A DNA stretch of 64,000 bases from Vitrella brassicaformis CCMP3155 (GCA_001179505.1 CDMY01000069.1:1-64000), one strand, 5' to 3'; positions 36,501-50,270 are shown, counted from the first letter of the stretch. Numbers and translations: made by a program. The notes: generated from the sequence alone by a model not told the origin.

Positions 36501-39500
36501 TGCGGCACTCCGACCACCAATGCCGCAGACGCACACGCAGCACCACACTGCACACACACAACACACACAGACAGAGAGACACGGATGCACCACCCACCCA
36601 CATGCCTTTCCTCTGTCCCCCTCCCCCCAGCTCACTCACCTGCTGCCAATGGCCGTGAGGTCCGTGAGGCGCTTCCTGTCGCCATACCAGCCGTACCACC
36701 GCGCCAGGGTCTTGCGCGCCAGGTGGGTTAGGAAGTGCGACAGGGCCACCAGTGCGGCGTGCCTGGTGTGCTGCCGCACTTGCGTGTATTGGTGCCAGTG
36801 GCGGATGGCGGCCTTAGCGCGGCTCCGGCTGCCTCGGGCGTGCAGGGTGCGATGCCGCTGACGGGTGCGGACATAGGACTGATACACACATACACACGGG
36901 GGATTGCAAGGCGTGTGTGTGAGAGAATTGTGTGTGTGTGTGTGTGTGTTACCTGCCATGTGTGTATGGCTCTGTGGCCTTTGCTGTGCAGCTGTGCGAG
37001 GTGGAAGGCGTCGGCACACTCGCGGACCTGGTGCTGTTGCGACACACATCACACAAGAGAGTCTTTCGAGCAACCTCCTTCGCCTGTGTGGCCATGTGAG
37101 TGAGTGGGCTGTCTTACCTCGTGGTGTGTGAGGTCTTTCCAGTAGGTGAAGAAGTGCTTGAATGTGTGCTGGGCCTGCCGACAGGACACAGCCGCACCCA
37201 ACTGACGCAGCAACACCTGCACAGCACAAACGAAACGGCCCACATACACAGACATAAAGCGAAGATCCTGCCTGCTCGTATGCACAGACCCGTCTCTGGA
37301 CGAAGTATTTCCATGCCTCGAAGGCCCGACACTCAAGCACACGACAATCGCTGCAGACACACGTGATCGCATCGCATCACAGCCGTATGAATGAGAGAGA
37401 CGGCCAGACATCAAAACACAAGGTCACACCTACCTGTTGAAGAGTATGTCCCAGGCCCTCTTCCTCTGTATCTGCTGCAGGCGGTGTCTGAGCAAACCCA
37501 GCCACCCGTGGGCCACCAGCTGACGCTCACGCACACCCGACAAACGGTGCTCTAAGGCGGACACGGTGGCCGTGTGCTGCTCTACCACACTGAATGAATG
37601 AACCAACCAGGAAGGACAACACACGCGCAGAAGGAGTGACACACAGGGCTGTGTGTGTGGGTGTGTGGGTGTGTGTGGGTGACCTGAGCCATCCTTTGAA
37701 GTAGAGCGTGAGCTTTGCCTTGTTCCACCTCGAGAGGAATGCCGCCACGCGTGTGTTGAGGACCCCCTGCCGCTCATACATCTGACGCCACTCAGACCAA
37801 CACCTGCACACGCACACACAGAATGTGATACACACACCGACCATGCCACATCCGATGACACACACACATGCATCCCCCCTCCCGCCCCTCACATAACCTA
37901 CGTCTTGGTGAGCCGCTGTTGGTATCTCTGCCCGAGCCCCTCGCTCTTGTCCATCAGCCCCCTCTGCACCAGCGCCCAGTACCGCCAGCACTTGAAGGTC
38001 CGGGCAAACAGGTCTCGCAGGGGAATGCTGGCATACACGCCGAGGTGCTGTGAGAGCCGCAGCCGTTGCTCCTTGCCCTGGCGGAGTGCCTGCAGGAGGC
38101 TGGCGAACGAGACGCGCTTGAGCTGCATGTCCCAGTGGCACGAGGCCGACTGGCGGCGAGTCTGCTCGTGAGTGAAGCCATGCACCCATCGGGACCACCT
38201 GAATCAGATCAGCGACGGAGGAGGGAGGGAGGGAGGGAGGGAGGGATCTGTGTGTGCCTTGGCTGTGTGTGTGTGTGAAGGTGACGTGACTTACGTGTTG
38301 AGAGTGTGCCGTCCTCTGATGAGCTGCAGCCTCTCTGATGCTGCGAGTGTGCGCGCAGCCATGGCGTCCGAGAACTCCGACAGTCGGCTGTGCGAGTGCT
38401 TCAGCAGCCGGCGGCCGACGATGCGGCTGGCAGTAGACAGACAGACAGATGGGAGTGTGTAAACGTGTCTGTCCTGGGGCACCCACCTGATGCTGTTGAG
38501 TGCCTTTGTGTGCTGTGTGACGAGCCGCCATGCGTCGAACAGGAGCCTGGCGAAGGCGAGGCGCTTCGCGGGGATGAGCACCCGCTCGGCCACGTAGAAC
38601 TGACGCTGCTTGGTCCGCCAGTAGCGCCACAGCGCACCCACCAGACGGCTGGCGTGTCGCGAGGACACCTCACCACCAATGGCAGCCAGACGCTGGCACA
38701 CACACATGGAGAGTCAGAGAGAGAATGAGTGCGATCAAATCCACTGGTGGATTTGGCTTGTGTGTGTCTGTGTGTCTGTACCTTTGCCCCAGCCATGCGG
38801 TGTTTGTGTTGTCTCAGGCGCTGCAATGCCTCCCTCCTTCGCTTGGCGTCGAGCCGCATGCGCATGGCCGCCACCTTGGCGGACCGCCGCCCACACGTCC
38901 GCCACACGTCGAAGCAAAACTTGAGCAAACGACACACCTGATACACACGAAGAACAAGATGAAAGAGGGAGATGTTGTGTGTGTTCAGTTGGTGTATGAT
39001 TTCTTTCGTTGCCCCCCTGCCTGTGATGTGTGCATGAGGTTTGCGATTTGTCTGCGGTCGCTGCCGTGTCTGGCCGGCACCCGCCACACACTCACTATCC
39101 GCTCCAACACTATACGCGCACGGTAGCTCGCCTGGCAAACACACACACAGACAGACAGACCAAGGGGAGGGGCACACACATGATGCGATGCGGCATATGT
39201 CCATCCACACGTGCGTGTGTGTGTGCATAGACACGTACGGCGGCAGCTTCCTTCTGGTGTTGCCTGCTGAGCGCCGTGGCGTTGGCTTGCCACTGGTGGA
39301 GGTGCTGGGCCATGAGGGACAAACGGTAGTGGGAGGTGGCGAGGCGGCACCTCTGACGACTCCACTGACGGCCAACTACTCACAAACACACAACACAATA
39401 GACAGACACCCATACATGCGTTTGTTTGTCAGTCTGTGTCTCTCCCTCCCTCCCTCTCCCTGTCCCTCTCACCGGTCCACTGTGCCCATTTGTGTATGGC

Positions 39501-41965
39501 GTCCCGCGACCGTTGTCCCCACACCGACATGACCACCGCCTCAGACCGCCGACGCACAGCCCGCCGCAGCATGGCGTAGTGGTGCCACCTCAACAGACCC
39601 TCATGCACGCGTGTGGCGGCCGAGTTCTCCTCCCACTCTCGCAGCCGCTGTCGCCTCAGCCGTCTGGATCGTGCCCACGTGTGCCATTGTCGGAGGGCTG
39701 AGGAGCCGAGGGTGTGTGAGCGTCGGCGGCACATGTCGCGGGCCCCCTCCCTGGCGAAGGCCCTCTCGGCTGCCCACTTCCGCCACGCGTCGAACAACAC
39801 CTGACGCATACGCTCCCCCTGTATACAGAGAGCATTTCGGTTTCGTGGATCGATGGGCGTGTTGTGTCGGTGTGGCTTGTTCTTTCGCCCACCTTACCTT
39901 GAGTAGGTGGAGTGTGAGGACAGTCTGCCGTCTGCGTCTCTTGCGGTGTGCCCTCGACTGCCACGCCCGCAGACGCTCGATGATGTTGAGACGCTGCTTG
40001 TCACGATAACGCTGCTCACGAACTGGATCATACCCCCACACACACAGACAGACACAAGCGCATGGATCCCATCCACGCCATGGATCGGATCAACCTGCTT
40101 TTCGTTTTGTGCTGGGCTCTGTCTGTCCGCCTACGTGTGGCCTGTCGCCATTCTGAGAAGGCCTCCCACTTGGCCCGGTGCATCGCACGGCTGCGGAAGA
40201 ATGACACGACCTTTTTGTCTCTCGCCTTGAGCTCGTGGTAGAGGCTCCACGTCACGAACGCCGCCTCCAGTCGACGGCGCCACCGCTGGCGCTCGTGCAG
40301 CAACGCCTGACAAACGCACACGCATACACACACGTCCACACAGACAGGCACTGGTCAACGAGCAGCCAGCATGCCGCCCCTGACTGACCTTCCATCCGAT
40401 GAAGAGGTCCTTGAGCCGCTGCGCCTCAAGATACTCCACCAACGTACGCGCCAACACATCTGACAGTCCATCCATCGCAGGAATGCAATACAGCAATCAC
40501 TGCACACGAGAACCGTCCCCTCTCCTCTCCCTTCTCACCATACTGTGCCGTCCGGTCGGTGGCCTCCTCGTCAGGCCGTCTTCTCACCGTCACCCGCAGC
40601 ACACCGTCCCTCTGCCCCCGAGACGGACTCACCAGCATCCGTGTGCCGGTGGGTGGCTGTGATGGCGCCATGCCCATGCCTCTATCGCCACGGCGGATGC
40701 GGAGCTGCAGCGACCCCTCCCGCTGCAGCTCCAGCTCCTGCCTGTCCGACAGGAGAGGCGCCGACACGTGACCCGTCACGTGGTGGGTGTGCACCGATGC
40801 GGGCACGGAGGGCGACCGGCGGGGGGCATAGCGGCCGTCAGACGGGCCCAAAGAGGGGGAGGGGGGCACTGGCCTTGGCTGGTGGTGCGATATGTACTCC
40901 ATGGGTGGGCTGGCAGGGCCGTAGGTGGACCGCCGACCCACTGCAGCAGGGGGGGTGAAGGACGTGGGGCGATGACGGAAGTGGGTGTCGTCATGGGTGC
41001 TCCTCATGCTGTCGTCACGAAACGTGTATGGCGCCGTCCCGCTCGCCTGGTCGTCTTCACGCAGCAGCCCCCTCGCAGATAGCGGAGGCGGCCTGGGGGC
41101 CAGTGGTGGCTTGACGCCGACATAGGGATATGGCCGAGCAGGAAGACGGTCGTCGGCAGCCACGTGAGCCCTTGTCTGTGTGGCGATGCCCTCATCCGTG
41201 TGAACGTGGCTGTGGTGATGATGGTGTATTGCCTCGCCGATGACGGGTTCCTGGCCCATCTGGTGGTAGAGCTGGGGGTACTTGGCCTTGAGCTGCTGCC
41301 GCCTCGCCGCCAGGGATGCCCGCATCGACTGCAGGGTCTGACAGAAGGCGTCCGTCGAGCTCTGTGGGTCGGGCTGGTCACTCGCCATCGGTGGCGACGG
41401 AGACCGCCGTGGGCTCTCGACATACCGCACCCGCACCCGCATGTTGGTGTCGTCCGAGTGCTGGTACTGCGATAGGGGTGGCGGCGACACCCGATGCAAC
41501 GGCAGCTGGTCATAGGCGACCGGCCTCGTGGATGTGACCCTCACGGGAACACCGCCCGCGCTCCTCTCGTCCCTATCATAGCGCACCTCGGCTGACTCAT
41601 CGTCATACACGTGTGAGTGGCTGTGCCGCGCCAGGGCCTCTCGCGATGCCGAAGCAAGTGATGGCCGGGGCAGGTCTTCATGGTCTGCAATGCCGCCATC
41701 CGCTCCTCCGGCTGCTGTATGCGTCACTGACTCAGAGCCTCTCGTCTGTGGCACACCAGGCTGTATACGGCATACAATAAGGAACAAAGAGGAGATGTAG
41801 AGTGCATATGGCAGCAATTATGGGTGCCGTGACGCGGCTGTGAGTACCTACCTCCTGGGGCGCTTGAGGGGGCGCTGCATGGATGATTCTACTCGTCGGT
41901 GCACCGTGGTGGCCACCACGCGCCTCAGCAGCGATGAATCGTGGAGTTGGAGCATGCGGATCCAT
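33520..41965 (-). CDS. SFI1: SFI1-repeat (centrin-binding) protein, many exons
   Basis: Arg/Trp-rich helical repeats, e.g. FDAWRKW...ALRQWHTW...GLLRWHHY...AIHKWAQW, with repeat Trp residues exactly 33 aa apart (counted in ORF 39429-39809). Many further F/L-x2-W motifs. Low-complexity N-terminus from MDPHAPTPRF (ATG at 41965). SFI1-like family assignment; orthology not established. Confidence 0.8.
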
Positions 41966-42549
41966 CTGAAAATACACTATTCTAGCACTACCACCTTTTT
42001 CTCCCTGGACGCGAGCTCGAAAAAATGAGAGGGACTGAATTCATTCATTTTTCGTTGAATGTATGCCTGGACAATTCCGCCTCGATGCCTCGACGATTGG
42101 TTGACAGACTCGCTGCCTTGCTTAAGTAGGCAAGCAGTGCACACGGAGAGTGACATACATGTCATTGATCGTCAGGGAGACCATGTGACACATTCCACTC
42201 AGTCAGGCAGGCCTTAGACAAACTCATTCACCCTTCCTTCCTTCCGCCATGCAATACATACATACCGCTGCCGATCCGATCCACGCTATGCTCTGCTCTG
42301 CCACCACCTGACCATCCCAACCATTCCGCTGCACCTTCGTGTGGCGCTGGCGGTATGCAACAAACATGGGGGTAAGTCATGAATCGCCAGCGGTATGCAT
42401 TCAATCGGCGCGCTGTCTAGGTCTCTCTCGAGACATCCAGCGTGCCTTGCCTTATTAAACAAAAAGTGAGTCATCTGTCTGCACCAGCAACCACTGAGCG
42501 CCGCGCCCCGGGCTTCCATCCACGGCTCCTTCCCTAGCTTGGGTCGTGC

Positions 42550-45500
42550 TCATTGCTTGGGTGGGGGCAGCGGGCCCGTGTGAGGGCTCAGCGGAGGGGC
42601 GGCCGGATGCGCCGACGCTGTGCGATCCTGCGTATACACATACACACAGACACATACAGGGCCCGCACCGCACATATGGCCATGCGTTGTCCCAGTTTGT
42701 CGAGTCGTCTCGCTTTCTCTCGGTACGGTACGTACCATTTTTCTCTTGAAGTGTGTGGATGCGAAGACGGCACTCCGGAGCACCTTGCACTTGTGCAGGT
42801 GTGTCGCCGACTGTTGGGTGAGGAGCGGACAGTGACGCAACTCGATGCTCTGGAGCACTGGCACCAGCACAACCAGCTGCACAGACATATACAGGCAGAC
42901 AGACAGACAGACTACAGACTCACGGCAGCTTCGCCGTGTCCGTCGGTGTCTCTCGTATGTGATGTGCCTATGCTGTGTGCCCCAGCTACCTACGTACCTG
43001 TTTGATAGCGTCATCATCGATTTGGATAGCGTCTGAGAGGTGGAGGGTCTGGAGCTTCTTGAAGGCCGCACGACACACGTCCTCGCCCACCTGGGGGGAT
43101 GGGGTGACACAACAGACACAAAGGGCAGCATGAGCGCATGAACACATCGCATGCATGGTTGGAGGGCATTGGTCATTTTGTGTGGTCCGCTCACTGTGAA
43201 GACAGCGGGTGTGAGGCTGCGTGCGTTGTAGAGGTAGAGGGACTCTAATGAGGCGGCCGTCTCACCGTTGCGATCGCTGACGACGGAACGGAGGGAGACA
43301 CAAGCCAGACAGACATGGCTCACTCGGGAGAAGATCATGCCTCGCTCACGTAAGTGTGTTAATCAGTTGTTGGTCCGTGAGTCCGCCAGACGTGCTGCAG
43401 CGGATCGACAGACTCGACAAATGGCGGTACTGCAGTACACACACGCAGCACACACACAAACACACTTACATGACGTGGCGTGACATATGTATGCAGCACA
43501 CACAAAGGAGGCCAGGGCGTTCCTTTGTCTCTGTCTGGCCCACCCCGACCCTTCCCACCTTGTGGAGTTGCTTGAGGATCACATCTTGGCTCTCGGCGGT
43601 GGTGGACGCCATATCAAGGTGCAGGCTCACCAAACGAGGGCAGCACTCCCCCACCAAACTATCACACACACACACACACACACACGTGAACAACAGCCAC
43701 ACGAGACGATCAAGCACCCACCCCACCCGTGTAGCTCGCTCACCCGATGAGTGTGGGTGTCTGCAGCTGCCCATCGATGCACATGGCCAGGTTGTCCAGC
43801 CGCTCACACCACGACAGCGCCCGAACCACCGAGTCGTCAACCACACCGTCCAGTCCGTCGAGCAGCAGCTGCTGCAGCGTGTTGCAGTGCGCCTGGATCA
43901 GTCGCTGAAGCGCCACGTTCCAGGGCGGCGCAGAGGGGTGCCGTTGCTGCAGGGACGCCCTCAGTTGATGCGGTCCCCCGTTGACCACCACCCGGCCGCC
44001 CTCATAGTTGTCGGTGTCCGACTCGTCTTGAAACGGCACCTGGTAGTCCGGCTCCCTGTCTGCTGCGGCCCGCCATGTCCGTCGGTCGGGCCCTGAGCTG
44101 TCGCCGCTCCCAACCGTCAGCTGAGGGGGAGGGGGGCGCCGGCTCTGGGGTGCGGGTGGCTGCTGGACGGGAGGCTCGATGTCGCTGGCAGGTCCGTCGC
44201 TCTCCTGTGTCCGTTCCTCGGGGATCGGCAGAGTTACGGGGGGAAGACTGAGGGCATTGAGCTCATCCCTCTCCGCCTTGACATCGCTCGATGACGATGC
44301 CCCCGCAGTGACGGCCGCCTTCTGGGGCGACGCCTGGCACGACTGGGGCTGCTGACGGGGGCTGCTCCCCCTGCTGCTGGCGCTGCAGCAGCTCGACGAC
44401 CAACCCACTCCACCACCATTTCGCCCAGTGGGCGGCAGCACCGCCGGCAGAGAGCTCCGCACCGACACACCCACGCCCGCAAAGGCAGGGGACTGGGCGT
44501 GGCTGTGAAGAGGGACTGGGATCTTGCCGGACGACGTCACTGTGTGACTTGTCGACCGCCCCACCCTCCTGGAACCCTCGCTCTTTGCGTGTGGGAGTGG
44601 GGGCGGTCCTGGTGCAGGTGCGTCCGACTGTGACCTGGGTGGGCTGTTGGTGCGGGGGCCGCGTGAGATTGGCGGTGGGGAGGGGGACGGGAGAGGAGGG
44701 GGGCCGTGGGTGAGGAAGTAGGTCGAGCAGAACGAGAGGTCCAGTCGCTCCAGGGAGGGCACGGGCGGCGTGCTGAGGTACACGAAGCTCTGTGACGTAA
44801 TGCTCAAACACCATGACACGTCAACTGGCGAAACAAACCACATTAACGATAAAGGCAGACACATGTGTCCTTTATAGCGTATGAATTGAACGGAAAGTCT
44901 GTTTGTTTGCAGCTCACCTGCTCGCAGCTTCGGTAGCCGTGCCAGTGCGGCTATGCTGGCATCACTTAGACCTGTCAGGGCAGGGCAGGGCCACACACAG
45001 ACACACACAGAGAGTCACGCGGTACGTATGCGTGAGTGAGAAGTCAAGGCAATCAATCGTTGGATGATATGACGTACGTACCAGGGCAGCCTTTGAGGCA
45101 GACCGTCTGCAGATGGCAGCACATCTGCGACAAACGCAGCACGCCTGCATGGCATGAAACAACCACACCACATCCACCACACATGACATGACATGACATG
45201 ACATGACATGGGTGTATGTGTATGGGTGGGTATACACACCTACCCTATTTCTTTGTCTTACCGTCATCGGTGACATGGTTGCACCACCTCAGGTCGATGG
45301 ACTCGAGCAACGGGCTGGCCGCAGCAATGCGGTAGACGGCCTCGTCGCTGATCCTGCAGCCACCCACACCCACCTCCACCAGTGAGGGCGTTGACCCGCC
45401 CGTGAGCGCCATGAAGGCCTCGTCCGTCACCCCCGCACAGAAGGACACGTCGAGTGTCTGGAGGTTGCCCCCGATGCAGGTGAGGACCTCGCCCACGAGG

Positions 45501-46175
45501 CTGTCGGTGATGTGTCTGCAGTAGCTGAGGTCGATGGACCTCAGGCGGCTGCATGCCTTGAGGATGCACAGGATGGACTCGTCGGTGATCTGCGGACACC
45601 GCGAGAGGCTCAGCACCTCCAGCGACAGCAGGCCCAGCGACATCTCAAACGGCCGGGGCAGGAAGGCACCGTCCGTCACGTTCTTGCACCCATCCAGACG
45701 GAGCACACGGAGCTCACCGCAACCCTGCAAAATGGACCGAACCACCTGCACTCACACAACCCACACGACAGACAAGCCCCCATCCCATGGTTGCATCCCT
45801 TCCATGAGCGTATGGATGTGTGTGGATCGGATCTTCGGCCCCCCGGCATGCCGAGGTAGGTCTGACCTTGTTGACGACTTGTTTGCAGTTTTGCAGGACG
45901 AGGACCTTGAGTCTGGGGCAGTTGCGTCCGATCATGAGCAGCACCGCCCGGCGAATGTTGGTGCACGTGTAGAGCAGCAGCTCCTCCCGGTCCAGGGTCA
46001 GCGACCGCGCCAGGACGTTGTCGTTGAGCGTGTTGTGCGACACCATCTTATACAGCAAAGCGTCTGTCAGCTTCTCGGGCAGGCGCGACAGCTGACGATA
46101 GTGCAAGCGGATGCAGCGGCTGAGCTTGGCGAGGCAGATGTCAAGGAGGGAGGAAGGCGCGTACAGCGCCGTCAT
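42550..46175 (-). CDS. Cys-containing LRR protein (FBXL/AMN1-type LRRs) with an N-terminal BC-box/Cul2-box
   Basis: LRRs LRVLRLDGCKNVTD, LEVLSLSRCPQITD, LRSIDLSYCRHITD, LQTLDVSFCAGVTD, LESIDLRWCNHVTD and LERLDLSFC. N-terminus PSSLLDICLAKL...LPEKLTDALL. A Pro/Ser-rich insert lies at 44000-44750. Confidence 0.85.
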
Positions 46176-47198
46176 GGGAGCAGGCTGTGTTGGTGATGTC
46201 GTCGTTGGTCCTTCCACGCTGCTGCCCGACCTGCTGAGTGCTGGGGGAGGAGAAAGATGGCGGCATCATCAGCTCAAGGGCAAGGCGAACGCACGCCAGA
46301 CAGCCGCTGTCAAGATGCCATCTTGTCTTGATCTATGAGGTTTGCCTACAAGGTCCCTCCCCCTCTCCAAGCTGAGCTCGCAGATGAGTCGATCGGAAGG
46401 ACAGAGGGGATTTGAAGGCTTTCTGGCGAATGAGGCCACGCGGGAAGAGAACAGTGAAGTGCATTGCTGATTTGAGCAGCGATGGCAAGAGGTGATGCTT
46501 ACCAGTCGACAAATCAGCAAACGGCCTGGCGTATCTGTTGTACGTTGGACTTGCTGCAGCCCCCCATGTGTTCCATCAATTCATGGCCCCGAATTATCGG
46601 CTGCATTGTCGCGCGGAGCTTCGTGCATGTGATGCTCGAAGGGGTTTCCCAACATCGACACAGCTGGGTGCGTGGTGGGTGGTTGTGTCTGACACTCGTC
46701 GGCTACTCACTCACTGATCGAGCAACTGCTTGATATCGACACACAGTTGTGCCCGTGTTCGTGAGTCCGTGGATGCATCTACGCACACCACACCACACCA
46801 ACAGACAGACAGACAGAAAGAAAAGACAGCCGCGGACGGATACGACACCCACACGGAGAGGAGAGAGCATGTAGCCGCACCGCACACACGCCCCGTGATG
46901 TAGCTGGTGCTGTTCTGTGCTGCCCTGCCCTGCCCCCATTTATATGCCCCCTTCACCCTCTTCATCCCTGGCTCAGGGCTCCACTAATTACAGCCAAAGT
47001 TGCAACCAGGGTACGGAAAGCACACACATCCCCCCCACGGTCATCCATCCATCCATCCATCCATCCATCCACACGTGAGCTATGCATCCAATCAGATCAA
47101 TCCAAGGGTTCGTCCGTCCGTCTAAGCTATGCTATGCACACATCCAATTTATCCAGGCCAGGAGCGCTATCTGTGACTGACAGGAAAACTCGACCCGC

Positions 47199-50100
47199 TC
47201 ACTCCGAAGGAGGAGGGGGAGGGGGAGGGGGACGGGGCGGGGAAGACCCTGTCAGGCAGGATCACGCACATAGACAGACACAGAAAACAAGATAGGTAGG
47301 TTACATACAAAAGTTGATATGTGTATATCTATCTCTGTGTGTATGTGTATGTGTGCTTCGTCAGACTGCTCACCCTGAGAGTTGGTATCGCTGCCAGCAG
47401 CGCCTCCCTGCAGCTGCTGCAGCTGCAGCTGCAGCTGCAGCAGGCTATTCTGTACAGCATCGTGTCCGCTGGTGCCGTGGATGTGGTAGGGGGGCGGTGG
47501 CTGAGGGGCACTGGGGGGCGCCACAAACCCCATCAGCCGCATCATGGCAGTAGTGCCATCATACTGAGTGCCGGAGGCAGCGCTGAGCTGTGGCGATGAG
47601 TGTGACATGGGCGTGGCCCACCCCGACAGCTGCTGGGGGTCGGACACGTCGTATGCCGGGGCGGCCGAGCTCCGGGGCGAAGAGAAGTCCAGATTGAAGG
47701 GTGGCGATGCGGGCTGGCTGAAGGGTGAGGGGGAGGGCTGTGTGGTGGTGGTGGTGAAGGGCGAGGGAGACGGCACCGACTGCAGAGTGCCACTCGTGGA
47801 ACCCGCATCGTCTGACGAACGAACCGCGGAAGACACAATACACACATACACATGTGGCCCTACCGGGTGTGGTGTGGTGTGATGTGGGTGTGAGTGACGA
47901 GACGGACCTTTCTTTTTGTTACTCATTTTCAGGATGATCTCGGGTCTGACGGTGGAGGACTTGAGCGTCTCCTCGTCGGGCTTGATGCGAACCGCACCAG
48001 CAGGCGCATGCGACTCTGAACAAAGCAACAACCATCACCAAATGATCTTCCGCTGCCCTCCCCTCCTTGTAACCTGTGCACACCACACCACACGAGTGTG
48101 GAGGCTTACCGTGGTGGCAAAACCTGCAGTGGATGCCCAGGTGACAGCCCTTCGTCCACTCGTACTTGCAGGGATTGCATGTACCTGATGGATGGATGGA
48201 TCGTCGATGCGCACACACATGCCCACAACAGACGAGGATGAACGTGGGTGGCAGGGGGGAACTGAGTGGCACCCTCAACACAAGCCCATTCGTTTGCTTT
48301 GCTCACCCACCCGCAGAATGGAAGGTCGTCCCGAACGAGAAGCCGTCCTTCTCCCACCCACGGCTCCTCTGCCCCCTATTTCCCTCATGCATGCCCCGCC
48401 GGCCGCCGCGCATCATCTGCCGCGACACCGGCGTGTCCATCTGCCCACCACCATACACCGACGACTGAGGTGCTGCTGAGCCACTGGCATACATATCAAC
48501 ACCCGCGTCGCTGAGACCAGTACTAGCAAACGACACCATGCTGCTAAGAGATTGCCCCATGGGCAGCTGGGGCAGCTGACTCGCCGCCCCGCCCTGAGTG
48601 CCCCCGGAGAGCGCCATTTCCTGCTGTGCAGGGGGGAAGCTAGCCGTGAGGGTGGGCTGGGCGGCGAGCAGCTGGCTGAGCGATTGAATCTGAGCCGGGA
48701 GAAGGAAGGGGACCGATGGGGGGCTGCTGGCAGCCGAATCTGACGGGGGCGGGGGCGGAGGGGGCGGAGGGATGCCCCCCTGACCCATCGGCAGCCGCTT
48801 CTGGTACGACTGGATGGCCGGGTCGATGGGCCATCCAGCTCCACCACCGTTAGAGGGAGGCGGCGGCGGCACGCCTGGAGGGAGCGGAGGGGATGGGGCT
48901 GGGTAGGAGGGGCGGTTCTGGCCGCCCTCTGCACGCATGGCGAATCTGTCGTCTCCTCCCGTGTTGCCCCTGCCTCCCCGACCCCGTCGGCCGCCCCTGT
49001 TGGCCCCCTGGTGGTCTCGTGGGGGGTAGGCCGTCGTGCCCCGCAGACCCTCGTTTCGGTAATAGAGCACGTTGATGTTCTTCAGCTCTGCAGCCTGCAT
49101 TGCATGCCGACGCGCAGCACAGGTGACACAGGTGAGGTGAACACACAGACGAGACGTGTGAATGAGCCGTGTCAGAAGGTGCCTGCGTTGCTTCCTCGCT
49201 CACTGACTGACCAGCTCTGGGTCTGGGTCGAGGTCACATGCCTTCTCCACCGTACGGGCACGCTCCACATCCAACATGGAAGGCACCTCTGCCACACACA
49301 CAGACACAGACACAGACACTCTCACACATACAATACAGGTGCTGACACACAACCCCCCCATCTATCTATCTGTCTGTCTGTCTATCCCGCTTTCCTCTCC
49401 CTCCCTGTTGGTCGTGCCGTGCACTGCAACTACCTGACTGACCCACTAGACCAGCCCCTGACCCACCTGATTCATCGATGGCGGCGCTGCTCGACGATGG
49501 CTCCTGGGCAGCGCTGCTCGAGGGGGGATCCTGCGGCGGCGGCTCAGTCGCCTCTGTCTGATGGTGGACGTCGTCGACTGGTACAGGGCTGGGCACTACG
49601 CTCTTCTCGGGCACATCCGTCAGTGCATCGTGGGGTGCCATGTGAGGGCTGCAGCTGCTCTGCGTGGCCAGGTGCTCGTCAGATGCACCCCCCTCAGCGG
49701 CCCCACCGCCCTCCTCCTCCTGACCGCCGTCGGCCGCGTACCGCTCGACGTCGATGTCGATGAAGCCGTGCTTCCAGTGCTGGCCAAACATGCGAGTCTC
49801 GCGACGAATCACCTGACGAACCTGCACGCCAGACAGCGACAAGAGGAAGGCACTTCCTTGCGCTGCAGGGGTTTCTTTCGTTGGTTCACCCAGTGTTGGG
49901 TTGCCGACCTTTTTCTGCAGGCGGATGAGTTTGAGCAGCTGGAACTGCGACGGGGCTAGTGCGGGTATCTGGATCCTCGGATCAGCCAAGCCGGCAAACG
50001 TGGGCGCAAAAACCGTCCCCCCACCTGCATATCACACCACATGCAACCAGACCAGAGCCGGTGTCAGGTCAGGCATCCCGGCGAGTCTGGTTTAACTCAT

Positions 50101-50270
50101 GTACCTTCGCTCGCAGCCCGTCCTGATGGTTGCTCATGCTGCTGAGGGTCATTGGACGGGGCCTCGTGTCTGAGTGACAAGCTGCGAGGCGTGTCTGTCG
50201 TCTGTCCTGACACACCGGTGGTTGCCGTTCCATTTCCTCTGGTCGCCAGTGACGCCGCTTGCCGCATCAT
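47199..50270 (-). CDS. Low-complexity protein with a single atypical Cys/His finger (C3H1-like)
   Basis: Spliced FHSAG|TCNPCKYEWTKGCHLGIHCRFCHHG, an RGG-rich stretch (RGGRRGRGGRG) and Pro/Gln-rich regions. Exon 1 (MMRQAAS...SEG|) joins exon 2 in frame. The 3' end is inferred from a GT-AG junction to GSSPPRPPPPPPPSE*. Confidence 0.65.
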
